Positions 54,605 through 63,965 of a stretch of DNA of 64,000 nt are shown in pieces (position 1 is the stretch's first letter; each line of letters begins with the position of its first letter). The stretch is taken from positions 7,214 to 71,213 of the IMG/VR virus record IMGVR_UViG_3300037245_001361; one strand, written 5' to 3'. Below the pieces are notes generated by a model. That model did no database searches and was not told the origin of the DNA. It worked only from the letters and a program-made list of their open reading frames with translations. This DNA is from a virus. Position numbers and translations under genes: made by a program.

Positions 54605-56791
54605 TTATTTTTCATTACCATTTCCGTTTCCCTCTTGCTCTTGGAGCATTATACTATCTAATCCCGCAACCCTTTCTTCTTGTTGCATATCTTCTTTGTG
54701 CATTAAATCAGTTTCTTGTTGCTGAATCTTTCCCGTAATCTCCATCTCTTTAACTTGAATGTCAGTCTCAGAATTAATCTTAGCAACCTCCAATGGCACC
54801 TCGATTTTTCTTGCATCAATCTCATTCTTAGCTTCCATCGCAGCAGTTTCTCTTTCTTTCAGTTGATTCGTTACTGCCTCAACAGCTTCTAATCCAGTTA
54901 TCAATATAGATTCAACCTCAGAAGAACTTTCAGCGTTAACTGCTTTAATCGCAGATTTAGGATCAAAGTTTCCAGTTGAAGCATATCTTTCTAACAACAT
55001 CATTAAGTCTTGCTTACGCTTAACTTCTTTTCCACTATTCTCAACAAAAATTCCCATCTCAGCTAAGCAAGATGCTTTGTTAATTTTGAATGTTTGCATT
55101 CCGGTATCTCCGAAAATGTTAGCCATTCTACCTTCTTTACCCCAAGCAGGCCCCATAAGACTTGCTAAAGAATTGAAGACATCTCCAACTAAAGAATAGT
55201 GAATATCAAATAATGGAGCAGTAATTAATGTAGATTGCATTACGCTTCTCTCATTAGTTCCAACAGCATCACTTGTTTTGTTTATACCTGCACGAGAAGC
55301 ACTAATTCCTGTCAACTTATCAGCAGTATCTTCAAGCATCATCTTTAAGTTAATCATCTGAGAAACTGATTGAGATAATGTGAAATCTACTTGCGTGAAT
55401 TGATTGAAATTACTTGACTGCATTCCCTCTTGCTTACCATTAATAAGGATAAGCCCAGTATTTTTAGCGTGGTAGAATACATCTTCCAACTCAATACCTT
55501 TAGGTTTCTGAGATACATCATACACCATTGCTTTACCACCTGCCCTTGACATAGCAAGTTCAATTTGGTACATAACAATATTATATAGTATCTGAATATT
55601 TTTAAGAGCATCTACAACAGAAAGCGTACTTCCATTAAAGTTGTTTCTGATAATACCATGGAAATCCAATGATGTATCAGCATAGTTCTCTTCAAATCTC
55701 ATTTGATTAGGCTTAAGCCCCCACCCAACAAGAATTTCGTGACCAATTTTAGTAGCCTTTCTTATTTCTGTTAAAGGTCGCTCAATAATCTTTTCTCCTT
55801 TTTTAGCCTTATAAGTGTCTGCCACTTTTTTGTAGTGAGGGTTTTCACTATCATAAGGATTTGGAGATACCTTATATTTAATCATTCTGATACTTCTCCA
55901 TTGAAGCTCAACAACTCTTACTTTAAGCTGCTTACTTCCAACGTCTGAATAACTATCGTAATTAGTAGAATCCATTCCACTAAGTCCAGAAGATTGTAAT
56001 TTTTCTAAATTGGTAATATCTGTTTTCGTAAGCTCAGGTCCAAACCTATCTACAATCTCATTTACTGTGTACCAATTATCTGTTCCTGCATATTTAGAAT
56101 CCTTTAAAGATTCCTTGTCAGAATCAATATCGTATATCATAGAACGAGGGTCAAGTCTTTCAACGAAAGGATCCCCATTCTTTATATAAGTTTTGTAAAA
56201 TTCTTTTCCGGTAATTCCTAAATCATAGAAACCTCTTTTGAATATATCCTTAAGCTTATGCTTTTGAATACAATAAGTTAAGCCAATATGAACTTCCTCT
56301 TCAATAGCATTTCTAAATTTCAGTTTAGAATATCTTTCTATATCTTCAGGAACTTCTTGTCCAACATCTTCATCTGGAATAGGCATTCCTAAAACAGACT
56401 CTATCTCTCTACGTATAGGTCGAAGTAAAACCTCAGAAGCTAAAGTTATCTTTTCTTCATTCTTCTTTCTTACATTGTTTCTGCCTACAACATTTACAGA
56501 AAACTGTAATGGTTGACTAATTAATTCACCCGCCAATAAGTCAAGCTTAGGCATCATCATAGGAAAGTTAACCAATCTTGCAGGAGATGTTAATCCGTAC
56601 ATATCAGTAACATACTCAAACTGCTTATGGTCAAATTCTCCAGCTACGAGTAAATAATTCTCGTGGTCTTTCTTTCTTGAATCAATAAATGGTTGGTGTC
56701 CTTTATGGTGAGTTAATACAGCATTGACATTACCCATGTGCCATTCCTTATCCTTTTTTACTAAAGGAATATTCTGTATTGGAAAATCCAT
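54605..56791 (-). CDS. portal protein
   Basis: 728 aa after TerL; PKLDLLAGE, QILYNIV, TGISASRAG. Confidence 0.9.
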   Translation of the reverse strand: MDFPIQNIPLVKKDKEWHMGNVNAVLTHHKGHQPFIDSRKKDHENYLLVAGEFDHKQFEYVTDMYGLTSPARLVNFPMMMPKLDLLAGELISQPLQFSVNVVGRNNVRKKNEEKITLASEVLLRPIRREIESVLGMPIPDEDVGQEVPEDIERYSKLKFRNAIEEEVHIGLTYCIQKHKLKDIFKRGFYDLGITGKEFYKTYIKNGDPFVERLDPRSMIYDIDSDKESLKDSKYAGTDNWYTVNEIVDRFGPELTKTDITNLEKLQSSGLSGMDSTNYDSYSDVGSKQLKVRVVELQWRSIRMIKYKVSPNPYDSENPHYKKVADTYKAKKGEKIIERPLTEIRKATKIGHEILVGWGLKPNQMRFEENYADTSLDFHGIIRNNFNGSTLSVVDALKNIQILYNIVMYQIELAMSRAGGKAMVYDVSQKPKGIELEDVFYHAKNTGLILINGKQEGMQSSNFNQFTQVDFTLSQSVSQMINLKMMLEDTADKLTGISASRAGINKTSDAVGTNERSVMQSTLITAPLFDIHYSLVGDVFNSLASLMGPAWGKEGRMANIFGDTGMQTFKINKASCLAEMGIFVENSGKEVKRKQDLMMLLERYASTGNFDPKSAIKAVNAESSSEVESILITGLEAVEAVTNQLKERETAAMEAKNEIDARKIEVPLEVAKINSETDIQVKEMEITGKIQQQETDLMHKEDMQQEERVAGLDSIMLQEQEGNGNGNEK

Positions 56792-56808
56792 AAAAATGCT
56801 TATTTACG

Positions 56809-58806
56809 TTAATCTAAATTATAACCAAAATTAGGCTTTCTTTTTGAATTTCCCAAAGTATTTGAATTATCTCGTTTTTTTACAGAAATAGTACCATCAG
56901 AATTTCTAACATAAGAAGGTAAGTCAGTTCTCTTTTCATCTTCCTTAAGATTCTTAGTATCAACAATTTTCTTAGTAGCATCCATATCGTGAATCAAAGC
57001 CATACCAAAAGCCATAACCCTATCCGTATTTTTTCTACCATAAATAGCTAACTCAGTAAGTAGGCTTGGAAAATAAATATCCTCCCAATGCTTTTTTACA
57101 TATTCATCAACAAGCTCCGTAAGAACTTTCTTTTGATGAGATTTCATGTGAATACCATATCTGTTAGTAGCCTCAGTATATGGACTATCAGCAGAACGAG
57201 GTCTTTCCTTTAAATACCTCATCATCTTGTGGTCTTGGAAATACTTTAAGAATCCACTATCATTATACTCAACAAGAACAGGACTATCGTAAAATACAGC
57301 CAACTTTAAACAGTTCTCATAAAATTCTTCCTTACTATATGGTCTGTCAGTATAAAAAGCAACGGGCAATTCCCCAATGGTTCCTGGACTAACAAATCTA
57401 CGATAAACACACATAGAACCTTTCGATTTACTAATGCTTTTTTCTGTAGATTTCTTTTTAGCTTCCTCAAACTCATCATCAATATGGTATGGATCTACCG
57501 CAGAAAGATGTGCATTTTGAACTCCAAATAAAGGTTGTTCAGCAATCTCAAAAGGATATGGTTCCTCATCTTGTAGTGTAGGTTCAATTAAAGAACCATT
57601 TACCTTATCCTCAAACTCAGTAACAAATATTGGCATACTACCAAATACCTCTTTACCTTTTTTATCTTTTGGCCATTCTAATCTGCCTTTCTGAATAACT
57701 TGGAAAGCAGGTGTGCTATTGATATTGGCTATCTGTTTATTAATCTTTACTAAATCAAACGGAGTAGAACCCGACTTGTAAAAAGCGTGCTCAACAATTA
57801 AAGGATTCTCTTGTCTGTAAGAATAGTAAGATGCTAAATCTCCCGAATCCTTTCTTTTCTGAGCTTCTGCATTAATAAAAGCATCAGCACCTTTAACATC
57901 ACTAATACCAGTACTCATATCAAAGAAACTACCAAATACTTTTGAAGCTTTAATGAATACAGGTTTAAGATTATACAACTCAGCATTATGATACATATTC
58001 ATATAATCCTCACTCTCAACCTCCATCGCATTAGAAGTCCCACCGATAATTGGTGTTCCGAAAAATTGGTCACCCTCCTTGAAACAATCCTCAGAAGATT
58101 GGAATGAACGCTTAAGCTTTAAGAACTCTCCTGCTTCCTCAAATACCATGTAATTCAAAGATGTTCCCCTAAAAGCATTAGGCTTCTCCATCACTCTGAA
58201 ATGAACCATAGATTTAGTTCCTTTCTCTATCCAAATACCGTTCTCCTTCTCCTTGTAACCCGACATAAACAACTCTTCGTTGTTATGCAAAATCTTATTT
58301 CTTAATTCTGGTGGTAACTCATTATAAGATAACAACATCTTCTTACGAAAATCCTGAACGTAATCCTCACGCTGAGCACCAAGTCCATTCTCTGAATGTT
58401 TATAACAAGTCCACTCGTGCAATAATATATCAGCATTCATAAAGGAGAATCCCTTACGCCTTGCCTTTAATACTATAATTCCATAACCACCCTTATTATC
58501 TTTGCCATCTCCATACTTCGCCCAATGGACTTCCCTAAAATATTCGTGATCTTGGTCACGATACAAAGGAGAAATCATCGACTTCCTTTTTGCACCTGGC
58601 AATAATCCGTGAATCTTTGAAAAATTTAAATAGAAATAGTAGTTACCCGGAATCCAAGTACCACCCGTAGGTTTATAGCCATGCTCAATTCTTCTACGCT
58701 GTTCTTTCCAAAAAGCAAAATACTCAGCAGTATTCTTTTGTAGATTTCGATAATCCTTTAAATTCTTATCGAAAATTATTGGAGAGTATTTGGCTGCTTT
58801 TATCAT
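56809..58806 (-). CDS. terL: terminase large subunit
   Basis: YYFYLNF, LKARRKGFS (Walker A-like), FEEAG (Walker B), VDPY and DRVMA nuclease motifs. Confidence 0.93.
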   Translation of the reverse strand: MIKAAKYSPIIFDKNLKDYRNLQKNTAEYFAFWKEQRRRIEHGYKPTGGTWIPGNYYFYLNFSKIHGLLPGAKRKSMISPLYRDQDHEYFREVHWAKYGDGKDNKGGYGIIVLKARRKGFSFMNADILLHEWTCYKHSENGLGAQREDYVQDFRKKMLLSYNELPPELRNKILHNNEELFMSGYKEKENGIWIEKGTKSMVHFRVMEKPNAFRGTSLNYMVFEEAGEFLKLKRSFQSSEDCFKEGDQFFGTPIIGGTSNAMEVESEDYMNMYHNAELYNLKPVFIKASKVFGSFFDMSTGISDVKGADAFINAEAQKRKDSGDLASYYSYRQENPLIVEHAFYKSGSTPFDLVKINKQIANINSTPAFQVIQKGRLEWPKDKKGKEVFGSMPIFVTEFEDKVNGSLIEPTLQDEEPYPFEIAEQPLFGVQNAHLSAVDPYHIDDEFEEAKKKSTEKSISKSKGSMCVYRRFVSPGTIGELPVAFYTDRPYSKEEFYENCLKLAVFYDSPVLVEYNDSGFLKYFQDHKMMRYLKERPRSADSPYTEATNRYGIHMKSHQKKVLTELVDEYVKKHWEDIYFPSLLTELAIYGRKNTDRVMAFGMALIHDMDATKKIVDTKNLKEDEKRTDLPSYVRNSDGTISVKKRDNSNTLGNSKRKPNFGYNLD

Positions 58807-59345
58807 TGGCCAAGCCTTTCTTCTTGCTCAAACAAACTGAAATCACTTGAATCAGTTCCTTGAATTTTAGACTCTGTTTCCTTATCCTTAAGTATCAACT
58901 GTTTATGTGCATCTCTTGATTTAGCTGCCTTACCCATCTCAACTTGTAATTTATTTAAATCCTCAAGATTTTTATCTGTTGGCATTATATCCCTGTAAAC
59001 CTTTGTCATTTGGTATGACTTTTCAAGCATTGAGTTATATTCGTCAATCAATGGATCGTACTGAAATTTTATATATTCCTCTATAGCCTCAACAACCAAT
59101 TCATCATTGGCTAATGAGTTTGTATTCTTTTCATAAATAGAAAATGATACTTGAATCTTTCTTTCGTCTTCTGGAAATCTTCGGAATGGAGATTTATAAT
59201 CATAAACAGCAACAATCCACTTGACCATCTTACTACCCATCCTCTTATGCTTGTAGACCTCCCACATTTTAGGCATAAGCGCAATAGAATCATCCTGCAG
59301 AAACGCATTCCCATCCTTGTCAATCTCAATAAGTTGATTATACAT
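58803..59345 (-). CDS. putative terminase small subunit
   Basis: 180 aa helical protein with ATGA overlap onto terL. Confidence 0.5.
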   Translation of the reverse strand: MYNQLIEIDKDGNAFLQDDSIALMPKMWEVYKHKRMGSKMVKWIVAVYDYKSPFRRFPEDERKIQVSFSIYEKNTNSLANDELVVEAIEEYIKFQYDPLIDEYNSMLEKSYQMTKVYRDIMPTDKNLEDLNKLQVEMGKAAKSRDAHKQLILKDKETESKIQGTDSSDFSLFEQEERLGQ

Positions 59346-59495
59346 TTAGTATCTAAATTTATTTTTTCCTTTCCTACTCGTTGGAGTTAGGTTCTTTTTA
59401 CCTTTCTTATTCCCTTTCTTTTTAGGAGTACTTTTTCTCCTATCTTCTTTATTAGCATCCTCAGAGAATGCAGCTCTTTGATTAATATTTGACAT
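59346..59495 (-). CDS. small Lys/Arg-rich peptide (49 aa)
   Basis: MSNINQRAAFSEDANKEDRRKSTPKKKGNKKGKKNLTPTSRKGKNKFRY*; exactly fills the gap. Confidence 0.6.
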   Translation of the reverse strand: MSNINQRAAFSEDANKEDRRKSTPKKKGNKKGKKNLTPTSRKGKNKFRY

Positions 59496-59706
59496 CGTTG
59501 TAAATTAATTCTGTTACAATTCTATTTACATAGTTATGAAATCTTTTTCGTTCATAACGAATTTCATCGTGAAAAAAATTAAATAGAGCAGTCAATCGAA
59601 CAGCATTTAATCTTCTCCCATTTACCTCTTTCCAATTACCATTTTTGTCTTCAATAATCATTGTTCCATCGATAGAGATTAAATCTCCAAGTCTAACTAC
59701 ATTCAT
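59482..59706 (-). CDS. hypothetical protein
   Basis: MNVVRLGD...; ATG 59706 lies 1 nt after the upstream stop. Confidence 0.6.
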   Translation of the reverse strand: MNVVRLGDLISIDGTMIIEDKNGNWKEVNGRRLNAVRLTALFNFFHDEIRYERKRFHNYVNRIVTELIYNDVKY

Positions 59707-59707
59707 A

Positions 59708-60040
59708 TTAAGCTTCTTTTTGGTTAGTAATAAATTTAGGATTATAGTAATATTCAAAAGACTCTCTTGACCTCGCCAATATCTTTGCATCAGCTAATTC
59801 AGAAAGAGCATTGTAAACAGACTTATCCTGCTTGAACTCGCAATGTTCTTTGGCTGCTTGTTTGTCAAGGTAAACAATTCCCTCATCTTTAAATGAATAG
59901 CCTCGTATGTATATAAAAAGCTTTAAAGATGTAGCACTCAGCCCTATCAAAGTAAGCAAAACCTCAAACGTTACCTGAAGTCCAGCATACTCAAAAGGAT
60001 TGTCGTTGTATTTATTATTATTTCCCATTTCTATGATCAA
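59708..60040 (-). CDS. RepL-like winged-helix protein
   Basis: LKLFIYI...SVYNALSELADAKILAR...YYYNP pattern. Confidence 0.65.
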   Translation of the reverse strand: MIIEMGNNNKYNDNPFEYAGLQVTFEVLLTLIGLSATSLKLFIYIRGYSFKDEGIVYLDKQAAKEHCEFKQDKSVYNALSELADAKILARSRESFEYYYNPKFITNQKEA

Positions 60041-60296
60041 CTATTTTTAACCTCTTATTTTTTCTACCCACTATTCTCGGAGCATCAACCCCAATTCCTC
60101 CCTTAGCATTACTGTCATAAAGTAAAATTCCGTAATCATGGAATATCTCAGTAACCTTCTCAAAATTTTCAAGCTCTCTTGGGAAAGATGCAATATCATA
60201 TATAATCAAAGCTGATTGAACAGCCTTCTTTAATTTCCTTGGCCTCTTTGGTGCTTTTGGACCATAAGGGTTTCTATTCTCATTTGGATAATTCAT
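60018..60296 (-). CDS. hypothetical protein, first gene of the late block
   Basis: MNYPNEN...PRKLKKA; ATG 60296 preferred over TTG 60311. Confidence 0.6.
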   Translation of the reverse strand: MNYPNENRNPYGPKAPKRPRKLKKAVQSALIIYDIASFPRELENFEKVTEIFHDYGILLYDSNAKGGIGVDAPRIVGRKNKRLKIVDHRNGK

Positions 60297-60363
60297 ACAG
60301 CAAATATACAATTAATTATGTACTAAAAGTACATTCGTATCATAAAAGTATTATCTTTACACT
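60297..60363. promoter_or_regulatory. divergent promoter region with central palindrome
   Basis: TATATTTG on - (60301-60308), TATCTTTA on + (60352-60359), ATGTACT-AAA-AGTACAT (60318-60334). Confidence 0.65.
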
Positions 60364-60714
60364 ATGTTAGACCCATTCAGAAAGTATCCAAAGGATTATA
60401 AACCAAACATTTACACCGTCAATCTCCTTGTAAAGTACTATGAAAAAAAGTACCATAATAAACTTATGGATAGTCAGCAGGCTCACAAATACAAAAAATA
60501 CATAGAAGTAATTGAAGTGCAAAAAGAAATAATAGTTCTTGATGATAAGATGGCTTTCCCATCAGAAAAAATGAAACACGCATTCTTAAGTAGAATATGG
60601 AGGAAGAATAACATAAAGAAAAGTATGGACCTATTTAATATAGGAATTAGAGAAATTGAAATTATTCACAAACATGGAACCGTATCTTACGAGTTCGATG
60701 AAAAAAAACATTAA
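60364..60714 (+). CDS. hypothetical basic protein
   Basis: 116-aa ORF. Confidence 0.65.
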   Translation: MLDPFRKYPKDYKPNIYTVNLLVKYYEKKYHNKLMDSQQAHKYKKYIEVIEVQKEIIVLDDKMAFPSEKMKHAFLSRIWRKNNIKKSMDLFNIGIREIEIIHKHGTVSYEFDEKKH

Positions 60715-60715
60715 T

Positions 60716-61357
60716 ATGGATTTTTACAAAGCCTTGGGGATTAAAAGAAACGCATCTCCAGAAGAAATTAAAAAAGCTTACAAAAAAACAGCAAAGAAAA
60801 CTCATCCCGATAAAGGTGGCTCAGATGAGGAATTTCAAGAAACAAACAAAGCCTACGAAGTATTATCAAATACCAAACTTAGAAAACACTATGACGAGCA
60901 TGGAACCATAGATGAAAATGATAGGTCTGACGAAAATGCTGCACTTCAAGATGTTGCTCAGATATTTGAATTGGTAATAACAAAAAACGAAGAGAGAATA
61001 GATTATGTTGATATTATAACAGAAATGCTATTAGTATTTAATCAAGGTAAAGACTCAACAAAAAAATCCATCTTAGAATGTAAAAAGAAAATACCTTACT
61101 ACGAAAAAATAGCTTCACGAATAGCTACTGATGATGGAAAAGAAAATATCTTTCAATCTTTTATAGGTGGAAAAATATCAGATCTAAACAATTCAATAGC
61201 TTCTGCCGAAGAACAATTAAATAGAATCGAAGAATCAATTGCCATAGTAGAAATATACTCTTGTACTGTAGAGCTTCAAGAGGAACCAGACTACTCTTCT
61301 TTTGGGCGTAGAGCATCAGATAGGAGGAATCAATTCAGATGGTCTGAACAAGAATAA
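60716..61357 (+). CDS. J-domain (DnaJ-like) protein
   Basis: MDFYKALGI...EIKKAYKK...THPDKGG...YEVLS...RKHYD with intact HPD; coiled-coil C-terminus. Confidence 0.9.
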   Translation: MDFYKALGIKRNASPEEIKKAYKKTAKKTHPDKGGSDEEFQETNKAYEVLSNTKLRKHYDEHGTIDENDRSDENAALQDVAQIFELVITKNEERIDYVDIITEMLLVFNQGKDSTKKSILECKKKIPYYEKIASRIATDDGKENIFQSFIGGKISDLNNSIASAEEQLNRIEESIAIVEIYSCTVELQEEPDYSSFGRRASDRRNQFRWSEQE

Positions 61358-61374
61358 CTTTTAAATAATAAATT

Positions 61375-61683
61375 ATGAATCAAGACAAACACATCTTCCC
61401 AGTAATCTTTGCAGAAAGAGATGGGGCAACATTAAAACTAAATACTTTCGCAAGAATAAAGTACAGAGGTAAATGGTATCTAAGAGAATTTAATCGCAAT
61501 GCCTATGTCCCTCAAGAAGTAAATAATTTTACTGCTGCAATAAGTTCTTTCAATAGAGATATTTATCAAGCACAATTATCCTGGAAAGTAGAAACTAAAT
61601 TAAAAAACTCTGAAGGGGAACTTCTCTACCCATTAGATGAAGACCAAAGAGAAGAAACAGAAAGATTAAAACCTTTAGTATAA
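61375..61683 (+). CDS. hypothetical protein
   Basis: 102-aa ORF. Confidence 0.65.
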   Translation: MNQDKHIFPVIFAERDGATLKLNTFARIKYRGKWYLREFNRNAYVPQEVNNFTAAISSFNRDIYQAQLSWKVETKLKNSEGELLYPLDEDQREETERLKPLV

Positions 61684-61701
61684 ACAATTAAATTATATAT
61701 T

Positions 61702-62037
61702 ATGAGACACGTAGAAAAAGCAAAAAACAAATTAGCAGAAACACACCCAGAAGTAACTGACTTTATCAAGTTAGAAAATGCATCAGATGTTAAAGGTGTA
61801 GCCCCAATAGTTAGCTTTGAAATACAATCAGATCCTATTGGAGAAGTTGGAGTAAATGGTTTACAAGCAGTAGATATGTTGAACTATACTAAATGCTTAT
61901 TCCAAAGCTTAAACGAAGCGTTTCCTTGTAGAGAAAATGCTTTAACTATTACAAAAATAGAAGAAGCTCTACATTGGCAGTATGCAAGAACTGCAGATAG
62001 AAACCGTAGAAATGTAGAAGGAAAGAATAAAGCTTAA
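61702..62037 (+). CDS. tad1: Tad1-like (Acb2/Tad1 superfamily) immune-signal sponge protein
   Basis: IQSDPIGEVGVNGLQ..D...FPCRENALTITKIEEALHW..RTADRNRRNVEG matches the Tad1 pattern F..RENA.A.T..EEAL.W...R..DR..R.V.G. Confidence 0.8.
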   Translation: MRHVEKAKNKLAETHPEVTDFIKLENASDVKGVAPIVSFEIQSDPIGEVGVNGLQAVDMLNYTKCLFQSLNEAFPCRENALTITKIEEALHWQYARTADRNRRNVEGKNKA

Positions 62038-62051
62038 TAATAAATTCAACC

Positions 62052-62094
62052 AATAAAAAACCCTCTGCAAATTAATGTAGAGGGTTTTTTTATT
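62052..62094. terminator. bidirectional intrinsic terminator
   Basis: AATAAAAAACCCTCTGCA-AATTAA-TGTAGAGGGTTTTTTTATT between convergent genes. Confidence 0.88.
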
Positions 62095-62171
62095 ATACGA
62101 ACAATTTATACTATTCTCTAACAGAGCAACGGTACAAACTTATCCTTGTCGAGTATATTACAATATAGATT

Positions 62172-62630
62172 TCATAAGGTAAATGTATAGAAATTATTTA
62201 AGAATAGAAACAGTGCTGCAGCTAAACAAATAATTTTTACTCCAATATATAAGAGCTTAAATTTAAACTTTACATATTTGCTTTTCAAAATAATACTACC
62301 CCACACCTTAATCGTAGGTGTAAGAAAATAGTTTCTATTAAAGAATCTATCCCAAGTAGCAGTATTTCCCAAATGCCAAAAAGGTTTGTCTCTAAACCAA
62401 TTTAATAACTGATCAAACAATGCAGCCATCAATAATCCTGAAGCTATTCCCAACTTCCAATTATAACAAGCAATTAAAAAAGCAAATATCAATCTCTGAA
62501 CAAACCTACTCGTATGACTCTCAATATAATCATTGTCATCCAAATGCTCATCATCTATAAATACACAAACAAATATAAAAGAAACAGTATGGAAGAATAT
62601 CAAAGAACTCTCTACAATCAAACTAATCAT
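62172..62630 (-). CDS. multi-pass membrane protein
   Basis: Several hydrophobic segments; ATGA overlap at 62627-62630. Confidence 0.6.
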   Translation of the reverse strand: MISLIVESSLIFFHTVSFIFVCVFIDDEHLDDNDYIESHTSRFVQRLIFAFLIACYNWKLGIASGLLMAALFDQLLNWFRDKPFWHLGNTATWDRFFNRNYFLTPTIKVWGSIILKSKYVKFKFKLLYIGVKIICLAAALFLFLNNFYTFTL

Positions 62631-62848
62631 AACCAATGCTTTTTCCAATTCATATAAACACCAATCAATATAGCAATAACAGGTATCAAAAATAATAACC
62701 CAAAATACCATTCTCCAGTTCCAGTAATCAACTGCTCAACAGTGGACCAAACACATAATATTAAACATACCGCAAAAGCATATACAGCACTACTGTTTAA
62801 AAAGTATTCCCAATATCCTACTTTAACTTTCTTCTTTTCTTTTTCCAT
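62627..62848 (-). CDS. small two-TM membrane protein
   Basis: Two hydrophobic helices, basic termini. Confidence 0.65.
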   Translation of the reverse strand: MEKEKKKVKVGYWEYFLNSSAVYAFAVCLILCVWSTVEQLITGTGEWYFGLLFLIPVIAILIGVYMNWKKHWL

Positions 62849-62853
62849 AACAT

Positions 62854-63156
62854 CTATTTATTAGTTTCTAAAAATCTTTTCAAATATACATAAGGATCCT
62901 CAGCTATTACCATTAAAGCCAAATGATATTGCCAGAAATATACATGCTCCTGTATCTGCATATTAGAAGCTTGGATAACCTTAGTACGATATATAGCTTC
63001 ACCAAATATCATCTTGGCCATCTTAAACTCCTTATCCCTAAGCATAAAGAATATTACTCTCGGATATGTTTCCAACTCCTTTAAGAACTTCTTTATAGCC
63101 CTATCCCTTTTCTTTAATTCCTCTTGATGAAACTCATCTAACTCATTATTATCCAT
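62854..63156 (-). CDS. hypothetical protein
   Basis: 100-aa ORF. Confidence 0.6.
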   Translation of the reverse strand: MDNNELDEFHQEELKKRDRAIKKFLKELETYPRVIFFMLRDKEFKMAKMIFGEAIYRTKVIQASNMQIQEHVYFWQYHLALMVIAEDPYVYLKRFLETNK

Positions 63157-63158
63157 AT

Positions 63159-63482
63159 CTATTTAATTACAAATTTACGCTTACCAATATCCATGCTCTG
63201 ATAAAGAGTAATCTTACAACCCATCACATGAAAATAAACTTGCCTATACTTAAAATCATCCTCATCAAAATACTCCTCATCAAAATACTTCTCATCCAAA
63301 GGAGAAATATTCAACTTAGAACATTCTATATAAAATTCCCTCGCTAACTCAGGATGCATAATAACAGTATCAGGCTTCTCAGGCTCATCGCTATGACGAT
63401 ACCGATTATTCCCTACCATACCTACACAATACGCAAACTTATCCACAGTAAGTTTCTCATACGATTTCATTTCTATTTCCAT
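63159..63482 (-). CDS. hypothetical protein with short tandem repeat
   Basis: DEKYF-DEEYF-DEDDF repeat. Confidence 0.6.
   Translation of the reverse strand: MEIEMKSYEKLTVDKFAYCVGMVGNNRYRHSDEPEKPDTVIMHPELAREFYIECSKLNISPLDEKYFDEEYFDEDDFKYRQVYFHVMGCKITLYQSMDIGKRKFVIK
63261..63296. repeat. 15-bp tandem repeat, ~2.4 copies
   Basis: CTCATCAAAATACTC / CTCATCAAAATACTT / CTCATC. Confidence 0.75.
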
Positions 63483-63906
63483 TCCTCTTCTTTTATGAAA
63501 CTATCCCCATGATAGTCCTGGTTAATATTATTATTCCTATATGAATGCCAAGGGGGGGAAGACTATATACCTTTTACCCCCTACCCAATTATACAAATCG
63601 AATATATCCCCCCTTAATTATACAATACACATATATATTCATCAAATTAACACCATTATCACTCTCTATTCATCACATTATGATGATTATCAAGCTATTA
63701 CACGAGCAGCAGGAGATAATCTACCTCTATCTACACTATCTATATTGCTATGATGAGTTATGTCTTTAAAACGATGTGTATTTTGATTGCTCTTTATTGC
63801 TATTTGATTATAACAATTGTTGTTATTCTTTTGAGGTTAACCAGTCGTGGGCGGTTGACTGATGTTATTGTGCTTGTTACACAGTTACGAAGTTAGTCGA
63901 TTTGGA

Positions 63907-63965
63907 TGACAATACAATAGAATTGATATGACAATGTGTCCTTGTGAGCGTGACAATTTGACGAT
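63907..63965 (+). repeat. TGACAAT direct repeats with 22-bp period
   Basis: Copies start at 63907, 63929 and 63951; variant TGACGAT at 63959. Confidence 0.6.

Noticed and set aside
16788-59390. Numerous short + strand ORFs within the late block and nested same-strand ORFs
   Set aside because: They are antisense or alternative-frame shadows of long genes, with Ser/Phe/Leu-rich composition and mostly non-ATG starts.
63541-63769. ORFs 63541..63753 and 63545..63769
   Set aside because: Mutually overlapping, low-complexity I/Y/H/L-rich translations of a compositionally skewed non-coding region.
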